NCBI GenBank assembly: GCA_946187345.1
Contig: CAMHQD010000007.1
Coordinates: 9,514-73,513, forward strand
Length of the DNA: 64,000 nt
Direction: 5' to 3'
Origin: an uncultured Porphyromonadaceae bacterium
GTDB lineage: Bacteria > Bacteroidota > Bacteroidia > Bacteroidales > Muribaculaceae
Below the pieces are notes generated by a model. That model ran no database searches. It saw nothing but the letters and a program-made list of their open reading frames with translations, and was not told the origin of the DNA. Position numbers and translations under genes: made by a program. This document shows, in pieces, positions 42,530 through 51,861 of this stretch (positions are counted from its first letter, which is position 1; each line of letters begins with the position of its first letter).

Positions 42530-42725
42530 GCTGTCAGCGACGATGTGAACCCACGAAGTGGGTGCCATATCAACGCAATCAGCCCCGTCGGGGCGACAGA
42601 AACGGTCGTTGTGGTCTGCAGTCTTATGGAAGAGGGCCCGTTGTTACGGGGGCTGGCGCCCCAGCCTATTGGCTTGTCACCCACTTCGTGGGTTCACGTC
42701 GCCGCCGCGCGGGGGGCGGCGGCAA
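42530..42725. repeat. Palindromic element related to family 4
   Basis: Inverted repeat gtgaacccacgaagtgggtg / cacccacttcgtgggttcac. It shares the modules agccccgtcggggcgacagaaac and gttacgggggctggcgcccc with 38885..39345, and ends in a gccgccgc...gcggcggc hairpin. Confidence 0.75.
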
Positions 42726-42943
42726 AAAATAAGGGAACGTCTCGCGACGGTCCCTTAGTTCTTTTGGAATACTAATTTGTGAAACTCAATGTCACAATGT
42801 TTCTTTAATGTGTTAAACTTACCCGTGGCAAAGTTAATAATATTATCAGTACCGCAAGCAAAGTTTGGATAAAAAACAAGATTAAGTTAACACAATTTAA
42901 CCGATGTGAGACTTGCCGCTACCGCCAATGGTAGTAAATAGCC

Positions 42944-45328
42944 TCAATCTTCCTTGTCGTCCTTGTAGTAGCCGCTGCCATAGCCGTAGCCATAGCCGTA
43001 ACCATAGCCGTAGCCATAACCGTAGCGTTTCCTGTCCACCTTGATGTCGTTGATGAGTAACGTGAGGTTCTTGATGCGGCCGTTATTGCTCATCTGCTCC
43101 ACCTCCTCGATGTACTGCTTGTCGACACGCCCGTCGCGCACAACGTAGATTGTTAAGTCTACTTGGCGGTTGATGATGGCGGCATCGGCGATGATGGTGT
43201 ATGGCACGGTGTCGAGGATGATGTAGTCATATTGCTTCTTGAGTAGCGCGATAAGTTGCTTGAGGCGGCTTGACGAGAGCAGTCCGGTGGGGTTGGGTGG
43301 AATGGTGCCCACGCAGATGATGTCAAGGTTGTCGTGGAATTTGCTGTGGGAGATAATCTCGTCAACATCGTCGAGCGCGCCGCTGAGGTAGGCACTCACG
43401 CCGGGCTTGGTGTTCTGCATGCCGATATATTCCGAGAAACGCCCCTTGCGCAGGTCAAGGTCCACAGCAACCACGCGCTTGCCGTCGTGGGCACAAGCGA
43501 GAGCGAGGTTGATGGCCACAAAACTCTTGCCCTCGCCGCTCATGGTGCTCGTGAATTGGATCACGGTTCCCTCAATCTGCTTTTGGTCAACGAGGTAGAC
43601 AAGGTTGCTACGCACGATGCGGAACGCCTCGTTGAGGTTGTCGCGGCCGTGCTCGGTGACGATGATTTCCTTGTCGCCCTTGTTGCGCTTGTTTGGCAAC
43701 TCGCCAAGCACAGGCAGGTTGCACACCTCCTCGATGTCGCGGCGCGTGTGCACCATCGTGTCGAGCGTGTAGTACCAGAAGATGCCGTAGAGCACGGCGG
43801 CCGGCAGCAGCAGGCCGAGCAGCAAGCCAAAGAGCATAATGCGCTGCGGCACAGGTGACACGGGTGTCGAACTGCCGCTGGCACTTTCGATTACCTTAGC
43901 GTTAGGCTCTGTGATGGCAAGTTGCAAGGCGTTCTCCTCGCGCTTGTTGAGTAGGTAGAGGTAAAGTTGTTCCTTGATCTTCTGCTGTCGGGTGACCTCG
44001 GTGATGGCTTTCTCTTGGCTTGGCACGGCAATCATGCTACCGGTGGCCACGCTGGCGCGGCTCACGGCCTGCCCCTTGCGCATCCTGAGGGTACTGATAT
44101 AGTTGTTCAAACCCTGCATGATGTTGCTCTTGAGCGAGTTGAGCGTGTTGTTAAGTTCCACCATCACGGGGTTTTCGGCACTGGAGGTGCTGGCGATTTT
44201 TTGGTAACGGAGCATTTGCTCGTTGTATTGCGCGATTTGTTCCTCGATGCCGGTGCTGGCGATGCCGGTGTTGCTGGGGATGAGTTGGTGTCCGCTCATT
44301 GAGTTAAGGTAGTCACGGATATATCCGGCCAGCGAGATTTGCATGTCAACGTCGGCTGCACCCTCGGCATACTTGAGCGAGGTGCCCGGGTCGGCATACA
44401 TGGCGCTGTTTGCCGCGCTCACCTTGAGTTGGGCCACTTGGCTATCGACACCGCTCAAGTCCTTGCTCAGGGCCTCCACACGTTCGGCGATAAACGCCTC
44501 GGTGCTGCGCGCCACAAGGTTCTTGTCGTTGATGGCATCCTGATTGTAGGCCACGATAAGGTTGTCGAGCACGTCCTTGCACATCTGGTAGTTGTCGGTG
44601 CCGAGCGAAATGCGAATCACGTCACTCGTCTTGTCGGCCAGATCGACAGAGAGGTTCCCCACGAGGGCGCGTGCCATGGCGGCGGGGGTGGTGATGCGTA
44701 CAATCACCTTGAAGTCTTCGGACGAACTCTTGAAGTGAGCGGTCTTGCTCACCATCAACGGGCCTCCGCTGGTCTGCACCTTGTTGCCGAAGCGCGCACG
44801 CTTCCAGCCGTCCTCGTCGTTGACCTTGAACTCGTACTCGGTGTCGCTCTTTGGCTCGATGGTGAGGGTAAACGGTGCCGTGAGTTCCCGCAGCAATGTC
44901 ACCTCCACCGGTGAACTGCCGTAGATGTTGACGTCGCGCAGGTACACATGGCCATAGTATTGCACGTTCAAGTCGAGAGTGTTCACCACGCTCTCCATGA
45001 GTTTTGTGCTGCGCAACTTGAACATCTCGTTGGGCAGATAACTCATACCGGTGCGGATACCCAGGTCACTGAATGCTTGTGACTGCGTGCCGTTGGCGCT
45101 GTCCTTGGTCTTGATAAGGATGAGCGTCGACGCGCTATAGCGTTGCGTCTGTGACTTGCTGTAGAGGTAGGCCAGCGCGCAGCAGATAACCAACGAGATG
45201 ACAAACCAATACCAGTTGCGGGCACACGATTTGAAGAAAGCGCTCAACGGGATTTGGTTATTGACTTTCTTCTTTGTAGTGCCGGTCATGTCCTGACGGA
45301 CGGGGCTCTCTTGAATGACTTCTTGCAT
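42944..45328 (-). CDS. Polysaccharide co-polymerase / tyrosine autokinase (Wzc/GumC-like)
   Basis: 794 aa. It has a Wzz-type N-terminal TM plus periplasmic coiled region, a second TM, a Walker A (TSTMSGEGKSFVAINLA), a DxD region and a Tyr-rich tail YGYGYGYGYGYGYGSGYY. Confidence 0.85.
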   Translation of the reverse strand: MQEVIQESPVRQDMTGTTKKKVNNQIPLSAFFKSCARNWYWFVISLVICCALAYLYSKSQTQRYSASTLILIKTKDSANGTQSQAFSDLGIRTGMSYLPNEMFKLRSTKLMESVVNTLDLNVQYYGHVYLRDVNIYGSSPVEVTLLRELTAPFTLTIEPKSDTEYEFKVNDEDGWKRARFGNKVQTSGGPLMVSKTAHFKSSSEDFKVIVRITTPAAMARALVGNLSVDLADKTSDVIRISLGTDNYQMCKDVLDNLIVAYNQDAINDKNLVARSTEAFIAERVEALSKDLSGVDSQVAQLKVSAANSAMYADPGTSLKYAEGAADVDMQISLAGYIRDYLNSMSGHQLIPSNTGIASTGIEEQIAQYNEQMLRYQKIASTSSAENPVMVELNNTLNSLKSNIMQGLNNYISTLRMRKGQAVSRASVATGSMIAVPSQEKAITEVTRQQKIKEQLYLYLLNKREENALQLAITEPNAKVIESASGSSTPVSPVPQRIMLFGLLLGLLLPAAVLYGIFWYYTLDTMVHTRRDIEEVCNLPVLGELPNKRNKGDKEIIVTEHGRDNLNEAFRIVRSNLVYLVDQKQIEGTVIQFTSTMSGEGKSFVAINLALACAHDGKRVVAVDLDLRKGRFSEYIGMQNTKPGVSAYLSGALDDVDEIISHSKFHDNLDIICVGTIPPNPTGLLSSSRLKQLIALLKKQYDYIILDTVPYTIIADAAIINRQVDLTIYVVRDGRVDKQYIEEVEQMSNNGRIKNLTLLINDIKVDRKRYGYGYGYGYGYGYGYGSGYYKDDKED
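42965..43027 (-). repeat. Hexanucleotide coding repeat (TAYGGY)n encoding (YG)n
   Basis: gccatagccgtagccatagccgtaaccatagccgtagccataaccgtagcg. Confidence 0.85.
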
Positions 45329-45367
45329 CGTTTGAGACTACTATAGTTCTAAAATGTTTTCAGCCTG

Positions 45368-45375
45368 CAAATTTA
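45368..45375 (-). promoter_or_regulatory. Candidate -7 promoter box (TAAATTTG)
   Basis: The reverse complement of caaattta lies 40 nt upstream of the start at 45328. Confidence 0.45.
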
Positions 45376-45491
45376 CTCTTTTTTTACCATAATTCAAAAT
45401 AAGAGCCACTAAATTCAAAAAAATCACCAAAAAAGCCCGCCGCTTTTGGCGGTAGGCCTTTTTGGTTGTGAGTATTGGGGGCTGTCGCGCG

Positions 45492-47165
45492 TCAGCGGAC
45501 AACGACCTTATAGGGTCGGCGGCTGCTGGGCGTGGTGACGATGAGCACGCCGGCGGGCAACTCGATGAAGTCGTCGTTGCTCACCACCGGCAGGTGCTTG
45601 ATGAGTTGGCCGGTGGGGTAGTAAACGCTCACGTCGCGCAGTGGCTCGCCGCACTTGACGCGCACTCCGCCCTCATCGACGAGCAGTGCCATCGGCAGGT
45701 CGGCGTCTACGCCGGTGATGCCGGCCGGGTCAACGGTGATTGTGTTGCTCTCCACACTGGTGTAGCCCAGGCGCGAGGCCTGCACGGTGTAGGTGTGGGT
45801 CTCGCCCTCGTGGCGGTCGTCAAAGGTGTAGAACGTGTCATCGGTGGTGTAACTCTCGCTGCTGAGGATGTCGCCGTCGGGGTCATAGACTGTGCGGTTG
45901 ACGATGTAGAAGTCGATGTCGTCGGTGGTCGCCTCCCAGTTGGCGGTGAAGCCGTCGTCGGTGATATTGGTTGCCGGCAATGCCTTGATGGCAGTGAGCG
46001 ACGGCACATCGAGGCAGGAGCCGTTGAGCACGGCAGCCACTGAGCCCACGATGCCACCATCACTCACGAGGATTTTACTCGTGTGATTGCCTAACGCCGA
46101 GGGGGTGTAGGTGATGGTGAGGGGGTAGCCGTCGTCACTGTTGGCGGCGGTGCGCTCAATGCTCTTGACGGGGATGGTAAACATCGTCTTGTCGCCGCTG
46201 TAGATCTGCACGCTCAGGTTGCTGGTCAAGTGCTCGCCCTTGACGTAGATGGTGAGTTGCAGGCTCTTGCCGATGGCAACTTCGCCGAAGTTGAACTCGG
46301 TGCCCTGTGTGGGCGAGATGAGGGTGGGAGTGCCCGTGTCATAGCCGCCGCCCTGATTATAGATCTGACCTTGCTTATCGCCCCAGATGTACTCGACCAA
46401 CTCGGGGTTGTCGATAAACGGGTTGCGGTTGTTCTGGCTGCGCTGCACGGCGTCGTTTCGCAGCCGCTCCTTCTCGCTGACGGGGTCGGCGCGGTGCCAT
46501 CGCAGCAACATGCTGATTGCCCACTGGTTGAGTGACTGCCACGAACTGTTGCTCATCATCCATGTGTACTTCCATGTGTAGTCGCTGCCGTAGGTGGCGG
46601 CCATATAGAAGTAGGTGCGGGCGAAGTCGCCTTTGTACCGGTCGTCCGGCTCGAACACGTTTGCCGAGCCTCCTCCTTGTCCGCTCTTGGGAGCACCCAC
46701 CTTGGTGCAGCCGTTGTCGAAACTGGTGCTGGACACCTCGCCCAGAGGGTAGTGCAACTTGGCCAAATTGGCGGGCTCGTCGCTGGGGTAGAGGTGGTTG
46801 AGGTCGGTGTAGGCGTTATAGCCGTCCTCGGGGCCGTATCCTCCCCACCAACTTTTGGGCAACGAGTGCTCCTTGTTCATGCCGCTCACGCTCTTGGTGC
46901 CGTTGAAGTAGTAGACGTTGTCGCTATACATATCCCACACGCGCGAGGGGTTGTCGGTGTAGCGGTCGGTGGCGGGGAAGTAGTTCCAGAGGCTGCCGTA
47001 ACTGAGCACGGTGTGCTTGACAGTGATGTCGCGCACAGCCGTCTTCAGGGCCTGTCCGCTCTTGCCGTCGAGCGTCTTGTAGTAGCCCGCGGGGGCGTCG
47101 GCGCCGGCCGTGACGGAGCCCAGGGCAATCGCCGCGATTGCGGCGAGTAGGTAACAGTGTTTCAT
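45492..47165 (-). CDS. Secreted endonuclease I family nuclease with FN3-like domain and T9SS-type C-terminal tail
   Basis: 557 aa with a signal peptide. NKEHSLPKSWWGG and RGDFARTYFYMATY... are typical of the EndA/NucM endonuclease I family. It has an FN3-like segment (GFTANWEATTDDIDFYIV). The C-terminal beta-rich tail ends PYKVVVR. Confidence 0.75.
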   Translation of the reverse strand: MKHCYLLAAIAAIALGSVTAGADAPAGYYKTLDGKSGQALKTAVRDITVKHTVLSYGSLWNYFPATDRYTDNPSRVWDMYSDNVYYFNGTKSVSGMNKEHSLPKSWWGGYGPEDGYNAYTDLNHLYPSDEPANLAKLHYPLGEVSSTSFDNGCTKVGAPKSGQGGGSANVFEPDDRYKGDFARTYFYMAATYGSDYTWKYTWMMSNSSWQSLNQWAISMLLRWHRADPVSEKERLRNDAVQRSQNNRNPFIDNPELVEYIWGDKQGQIYNQGGGYDTGTPTLISPTQGTEFNFGEVAIGKSLQLTIYVKGEHLTSNLSVQIYSGDKTMFTIPVKSIERTAANSDDGYPLTITYTPSALGNHTSKILVSDGGIVGSVAAVLNGSCLDVPSLTAIKALPATNITDDGFTANWEATTDDIDFYIVNRTVYDPDGDILSSESYTTDDTFYTFDDRHEGETHTYTVQASRLGYTSVESNTITVDPAGITGVDADLPMALLVDEGGVRVKCGEPLRDVSVYYPTGQLIKHLPVVSNDDFIELPAGVLIVTTPSSRRPYKVVVR

Positions 47166-47217
47166 TAGGTTGTGATATAGTTTTTGTTATTGATTGTCTT
47201 TAGGTTGCTTCACGGTG

Positions 47218-47225
47218 CAAAGGTA
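47218..47225 (-). promoter_or_regulatory. Candidate -7 promoter box (TACCTTTG)
   Basis: The reverse complement of caaaggta lies about 53 nt upstream of the start at 47165. Confidence 0.45.
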
Positions 47226-47307
47226 GTGAAAAAGTACGAAGTACGAAGTAAAAAGTACGAAGTAAATACATGAAAACTTCGTACTTTTTACTTCGTACTT
47301 CGTACTT
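47222..47307 (-). terminator. Long perfect hairpin built from GTACGAA heptamers; likely rplS terminator
   Basis: aaagtacgaagtacgaagtaaaaagtacgaagt / loop aaatacatgaaa / acttcgtactttttacttcgtacttcgtacttt gives a stem of about 33 bp. On the minus strand it is followed by ttttcac. Confidence 0.6.
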
Positions 47308-47316
47308 TGCAAAGCA

Positions 47317-47706
47317 TCAGCCCTTGAGAGCCTCGGCGTCGGCCTTGATCTTGGCCATGTTGACGCGGCGCTCTTTGATGCGAGCCTTCTTGCCGGTGAG
47401 ACCACGCAGGTAGTACAACTTGGCGCGACGCACCTTGCCATACTTGTTGACGGTGATGCTCTCGATAAACGGCGACTCTAACGGGTAGATACGTTCCACG
47501 CCGATGTTACCGCTCACCTTGCGCACGGTGAAGCGCTTCTTCTCGCCCTCGCCGGTAATCTTGATGACCACGCCGCGGTAGTTCTGGATACGCTCCTTGT
47601 CACCCTCCTTGATGCGGTAAGCCACGGTGATGGTGTCGCCCGGGCCGAACTGCGGGTGCTTCTTGCCGGTGGCAAAAGCCTGCTCTGCTACTTTAATCAG
47701 ATCCAT
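47317..47706 (-). CDS. rplS: 50S ribosomal protein L19
   Basis: MDLIKVAEQ...[29 protein letters not shown]...[18 protein letters not shown] is the canonical bL19 sequence. Confidence 0.95.
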   Translation of the reverse strand: MDLIKVAEQAFATGKKHPQFGPGDTITVAYRIKEGDKERIQNYRGVVIKITGEGEKKRFTVRKVSGNIGVERIYPLESPFIESITVNKYGKVRRAKLYYLRGLTGKKARIKERRVNMAKIKADAEALKG

Positions 47707-47801
47707 GATTGTTGTTAACTTTCTTGTGTAAGTTATTAATAATCACTCTGCAACATTCACAAGCCACACGTTCTTCTTGCCAGAGGTTGCCAAAGCGACT
47801 G

Positions 47802-47809
47802 CAAAGGTA
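47802..47809 (-). promoter_or_regulatory. Candidate -7 promoter box (TACCTTTG) for rplS
   Basis: The reverse complement of caaaggta lies about 95 nt upstream of the rplS start. Confidence 0.4.
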
Positions 47810-47907
47810 CAAAAAAAGTACGAAGTATTAATTAAGAAGTACGAAGTTTTTTTTATTTTTTTGTTTTCCAATATTTTCCGTGAGTCTCCGCTCAACCTTT
47901 CAACCGT

Positions 47908-48669
47908 TCACTGGATGTGGGTGCCGTGGTTGAGGTTGGCGATGCCGGCGGCGCTGGTGATGATAACCTCCTTGACGCCGTGGTCGATGGCCGAGAAGGC
48001 GTTGTCCACCTTGTTTGCAAACCAGCCCTCGATGAGTTCCATGTCGCGGAAGGCCTTGTAGCGGCTGCGTGTGAGCGCGGGCACGACGCTGTCAGGGTCA
48101 TTCACGTCGAGCAGCACGCCGTTGCGCTCAAAGCAATAGACGAGCGTGATTTCATATCTCATGGCCAGTGAAGTGGCAACCTCGGCGGCCAGCGCGTCGG
48201 TCTCGTTGAAGAGGATGTTGCCCTTGCCGTCGTGGGTGAAGGGTGCAATCACGGGCACGATGCCGCCGTCGAGCAGTCGCGACAGGGCTGTGGCGTTCAC
48301 CTGACGCACGATGCCGGTGGCGCCGAGGTCGGGCTCTTTCTGTCGAACGCTCTGGATGAGACTCATGTCGGCACCTGTGAGGCCGGCGGCGTTCACCTTG
48401 CGGCCTTGCAGTAGTGCCACAAGACGGTTGTTCACCAGGCCGGCGTAGACCATCACCAGCAGTTGCAGCGTCTTCTCGTCGACGATGGGGCGGTCATTGT
48501 CGCTCTTGATGGTGATGCCAATCTTGTCGGCCACTTGGCTGGCCATCATCGCGCCGCTGTGGATGAGCAGTTTCTTGCCGCGAATGGCGGCGAATCCCTT
48601 TACAAACGTCTTCAGCAGGTCGGGGTTCTCGACAATCTTGCCCGACACTTTCACTATCGTCAGTTTCAT
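47908..48669 (-). CDS. Amino-acid kinase family protein, acetylglutamate-kinase-like with divergent active-site motifs
   Basis: 253 aa, collinear with NAGK-type kinases. The hallmark motifs are altered: KVSGK (canonical KxGG), IHSGA (HGGG), FNETDA (NxNAD) and EGWFANKV (DGMxxK). Confidence 0.65.
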   Translation of the reverse strand: MKLTIVKVSGKIVENPDLLKTFVKGFAAIRGKKLLIHSGAMMASQVADKIGITIKSDNDRPIVDEKTLQLLVMVYAGLVNNRLVALLQGRKVNAAGLTGADMSLIQSVRQKEPDLGATGIVRQVNATALSRLLDGGIVPVIAPFTHDGKGNILFNETDALAAEVATSLAMRYEITLVYCFERNGVLLDVNDPDSVVPALTRSRYKAFRDMELIEGWFANKVDNAFSAIDHGVKEVIITSAAGIANLNHGTHIQ

Positions 48670-48682
48670 CTGTTTTATGAAA

Positions 48683-48813
48683 GGTTTAGGGGTTTAGAGT
48701 TGAGTCATTTGCTTGCGCAATTGGGAAAAAGAGTGTTCGGCGATAATAAAAGTAATATTACCCGAGCGCGATAGCGCGAGGGCTAAACCTCTAAACGCTC
48801 AACCCTCAACCCT
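48683..48813. repeat. Palindromic intergenic element (family 3), second copy
   Basis: ggtttaggggtttagagttgagtcatttgcttgcgcaattggg ... cccgagcgcgatagcgcgagggctaaacctctaaacgctcaaccctcaaccc, homologous to 33101..33281. Confidence 0.8.
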
Positions 48814-48818
48814 TCGGT

Positions 48819-49928
48819 TTAGTCTTCGTTGAACTGCATGAGGTAGGCTTTGATAAAGTCGTCGATGTCACCGTCCATCACGCGGTTGACATCACTGGTT
48901 TGGTAGCCGGTGCGGTGGTCTTTGACGCGCCGGTCGTCGAAAACGTAACTTCGGATTTGGCTTCCCCACTCGATTTTCTTTTTTGAGTCCTCAATCTTGC
49001 GCTGCTCCTCGCGGCGGTGTTCCAATTCCTTATTGTAAAGGATGGACTTGAGGTTTCGCAGTGCGTTCTCGCGGTTTTTGGGCTGGTCGCGCGTCTCGGT
49101 GTTTTCCACGAGGATTTCCTCCTCCTCGCCGGTGTACGGGTCCTTGAACTGGTATCGGACTCGCACGCCGCTCTCCACCTTGTTCACGTTCTGTCCGCCG
49201 GCACCGCTGCTGCGGAAGGTGTCCCACGAGATGCGTGCCGGGTCGAGCACAATCTCGATGGTGTCGTCGACGAGTGGTGTGACGAAGACCGAGGCGAACG
49301 AGGTCATGCGCTTGCCCTGGGCGTTGTAGGGCGACACGCGCACGAGGCGGTGCACACCGTTCTCGCTCTTGAGGTAGCCGTAGGCGAAGTCGCCCTCGAT
49401 GGTGATTGACACGCTCTTGATGCCGGCCTCCTCACCGTCCACCAGGTGGGCGATGGACGTCTTGTAGCCGTGCTGCTCACACCAGCGAAGGTACATTCTC
49501 ATCAGCATCTCGGCCCAGTCTTGGCTTTCAGTGCCTCCGGCGCCGCTGTTGATTTTGAGGATTGCGCTCAGTTTGTCCTCGTCGTGGCGCAGCATATTGC
49601 GCAGTTCGAGTTTCTCGAGCGTCTCGACAGCGCTGGCGTAGAGGCTGTCGAGTTCCGCCTCGTCGATGAGGCCTTCCTTGACGAAGTCAAAGCCGGTGGC
49701 GACTTCCTGCACGGCGTTTTCCATCGCGGCGCAACTGTCAATCCAGAAGCGCAACTGTTTGATTTTGCGCATCTGTGCCTCGGCCGCCTTTTGGTCTTGC
49801 CAGAAGTCGGGCACGTGAGTGCGCAGTTCTTCCTCCTCGACTTGGATTTTTTTGCCCTCCACGTCGAGGTATCGGGCCAGGGCCGCGCTGCGGTCCTGCA
49901 GTTCCTTCAATTGCTCTTGGGTTATCAT
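48819..49928 (-). CDS. prfB: Peptide chain release factor 2
   Basis: 369 aa with GGQ (SGAGGQNVNKVESGVR) and an RF2-type SPY/SPF region (RVSPYNAQGKRMTSFASV). It is one continuous frame with no programmed +1 frameshift site. Confidence 0.9.
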   Translation of the reverse strand: MITQEQLKELQDRSAALARYLDVEGKKIQVEEEELRTHVPDFWQDQKAAEAQMRKIKQLRFWIDSCAAMENAVQEVATGFDFVKEGLIDEAELDSLYASAVETLEKLELRNMLRHDEDKLSAILKINSGAGGTESQDWAEMLMRMYLRWCEQHGYKTSIAHLVDGEEAGIKSVSITIEGDFAYGYLKSENGVHRLVRVSPYNAQGKRMTSFASVFVTPLVDDTIEIVLDPARISWDTFRSSGAGGQNVNKVESGVRVRYQFKDPYTGEEEEILVENTETRDQPKNRENALRNLKSILYNKELEHRREEQRKIEDSKKKIEWGSQIRSYVFDDRRVKDHRTGYQTSDVNRVMDGDIDDFIKAYLMQFNED

Positions 49929-49988
49929 TAATTGTTGTCGTTTTATAAAACTAAGAAGACTAAGAACTCTAAGAATGCTAAGTACTCT

Positions 49989-51812
49989 TTATTTTTTCTT
50001 GCGGTAGTCGGCGGCGTAGAGGGCGTCAATCAGGGGAGCGTAGCGCTTGTTGATGACGGCGCGCTTGATCTTGAGGGTGTTTGTGAGTTCGCCGCTCTCC
50101 ATCGTGAAGGGGCGCGGCAGGATGACGAAGCGCTTGATTTGCTCATAACTCGCCAAGTGCTGCTGGTAGCCCTCGATGCGCGCTTCGAGCATCTCGTGGA
50201 GGGCAGGGTTGTTGACCAACTCTTCGTTGCTCTCAAAAGGTATCTTTTGCTGCTCGGCCCAGGCCTTGATTTCCTCGAAGGCCGGCACGATGAGCGCCGA
50301 CACATACTTGCGGCCGTCGCCGATGATGGCTACCTGCTCGATGTATTTGTCTTGACCCAACAGCGTTTCGAGCACCTGCGGTGCGATGTACTTGCCGTTG
50401 CTGGTCTTGTAGAGGTCTTTGAGGCGCTCGGTGATGATGATGTCGCCGTCGGGGGTCAACTCACCGCAGTCGCCGGTGTGGAACCAGCCGTCGGCGTCGA
50501 TGGCTTTGGCCGTCTCCTCGGGCTTGTTGAAGTAGCCCTGCATGATGGTCGAGCCTTTGAGCAGAATTTCGTTCTGGTCGCCGATGCGCACCTGCAGATC
50601 GCCGATGGGCGTGCCCACGGTGCCGATTTGGTAGCCCTCGCTCTTGAAACACGACACGGTGGCGTTGGTCTCGCTCAGGCCATAGCCGATGCAGATGTTG
50701 ATGCCGATGGCGTGGAGGAACTCGGTGATGTTGTCGCTGAGCATGGCGCCGGCGGTGGGGAAGAGTTTGCCGTTCTCCACGCCGATGGCCTGGCGCAACT
50801 TGCGGAAGACTTTGCTCTCGAAGTACTCATACTGCTTCTCGACCCAGAATGGCGGCTTCTTGCCCAGGCGCACATAGTTGAGGTTGCGGTCGCGGCCTAC
50901 GCTGATGGCACGCTTGACGAGCATGCGCACTAATGGCTTGGCGCGCTGGAGGTTGTCATTGACGGCGGTGTAGACCTTCTCCCAGAAGCGCGGCACGCTG
51001 CACATCTCGTTGGGGCGGATTTCGCTGACGGCCTTCTGGATTTCTTTCGGGTTGCCGTTGATGGCGACGTGGATGCCGTTGGTCAGGCAGAACATCGTCC
51101 AGCCCAACTCAAAGATGTGGCTCAAGGGGAGGAAGCAGAGCGAGACATCGTCCTCGCTCCACATTTGCAGTCGCTCAGCGTGGAAGTCCATGGCGGCGTT
51201 GAAGTTGCTATGGGTGAGCATGACACCTTTGGGCACGCCCGTGGTGCCGCTGGTGTAGATGAGGTACATCAGGTCGCTTGGCTCGCCGGCGCGACACGTG
51301 GTCTGGACGGCCGGCAGCAGTTCGCGGCGCCGTTCGCCCAGTGCCAGCAACTGTTGCCACGAGAGGCTGTCGCTGTCGGCCGGGTCGTGGCGGATGGCCG
51401 GGTCAAAGGTAACGATATGCTTGAGCGTCGGATTCTTCTGCTTGACAGAGAGTGCGATGTCGTATTGCCGCTGGTCGCCCACCATGAGGATGGTGGCGCC
51501 GCTGTCGGCCACGATATATGCGGCCTCGTCGCGGCTGCTGGTGGCATAGATGGGCACCGGCACGGCGCGGTTATAGAAGGCGGCAAAGTGGGTGAGCAGA
51601 ATTTCCGGCGCGTTCTGCGAGAAGACGCACACCCTGCCGTGAGGCTCTAACTGCCAGCCGGCAAAGGCGAGAGCGACGCTCTCGATTTGCGATGCCATCT
51701 CACGCCATGACAACGACGTCCATTCTTGCGTGAAGTAGTCGCGATAGCGCAGGGCCTCGCGGTTACCGTATTTTGCCGCTTGACGCGGTATCAATTCCAC
51801 AAATTTGTTCAT
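49989..51812 (-). CDS. Long-chain-fatty-acid--CoA ligase (AMP-binding enzyme)
   Basis: 607 aa with AMP-binding motif I LIYTSGTTGVPKGVMLTH, YGLSE, and GWFHTGD plus the C-terminal KIKR typical of FadD-like ligases. Confidence 0.85.
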   Translation of the reverse strand: MNKFVELIPRQAAKYGNREALRYRDYFTQEWTSLSWREMASQIESVALAFAGWQLEPHGRVCVFSQNAPEILLTHFAAFYNRAVPVPIYATSSRDEAAYIVADSGATILMVGDQRQYDIALSVKQKNPTLKHIVTFDPAIRHDPADSDSLSWQQLLALGERRRELLPAVQTTCRAGEPSDLMYLIYTSGTTGVPKGVMLTHSNFNAAMDFHAERLQMWSEDDVSLCFLPLSHIFELGWTMFCLTNGIHVAINGNPKEIQKAVSEIRPNEMCSVPRFWEKVYTAVNDNLQRAKPLVRMLVKRAISVGRDRNLNYVRLGKKPPFWVEKQYEYFESKVFRKLRQAIGVENGKLFPTAGAMLSDNITEFLHAIGINICIGYGLSETNATVSCFKSEGYQIGTVGTPIGDLQVRIGDQNEILLKGSTIMQGYFNKPEETAKAIDADGWFHTGDCGELTPDGDIIITERLKDLYKTSNGKYIAPQVLETLLGQDKYIEQVAIIGDGRKYVSALIVPAFEEIKAWAEQQKIPFESNEELVNNPALHEMLEARIEGYQQHLASYEQIKRFVILPRPFTMESGELTNTLKIKRAVINKRYAPLIDALYAADYRKKK

Positions 51813-51853
51813 GTCAATCTCAATTTAAGTTAGACGAACACTAAACCAATCTG

Positions 51854-51861
51854 CAAAGATA
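51854..51861 (-). promoter_or_regulatory. Candidate -7 promoter box (TATCTTTG)
   Basis: The reverse complement of caaagata lies about 42 nt upstream of the start at 51812. Confidence 0.45.

Noticed and set aside
38885-42725. Genomic island integrated at tRNA-Cys (cassette 39831..42390 bracketed by related palindromic elements).
   Set aside because: There is no integrase, transposase or excisionase. I found no direct repeat of the tRNA 3' end, and the cassette composition looks like the surrounding genome. It is kept only as a weak note within the repeat-element finding.
48819-49928. Programmed +1 frameshift in prfB.
   Set aside because: The N-terminal region (…LARYLDVEGKKIQVEEE…) is continuous in one frame from the ATG at 49928. 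I saw no in-frame UGA or CUU UGA C-type slippery site. It is a non-frameshifted RF2 gene.
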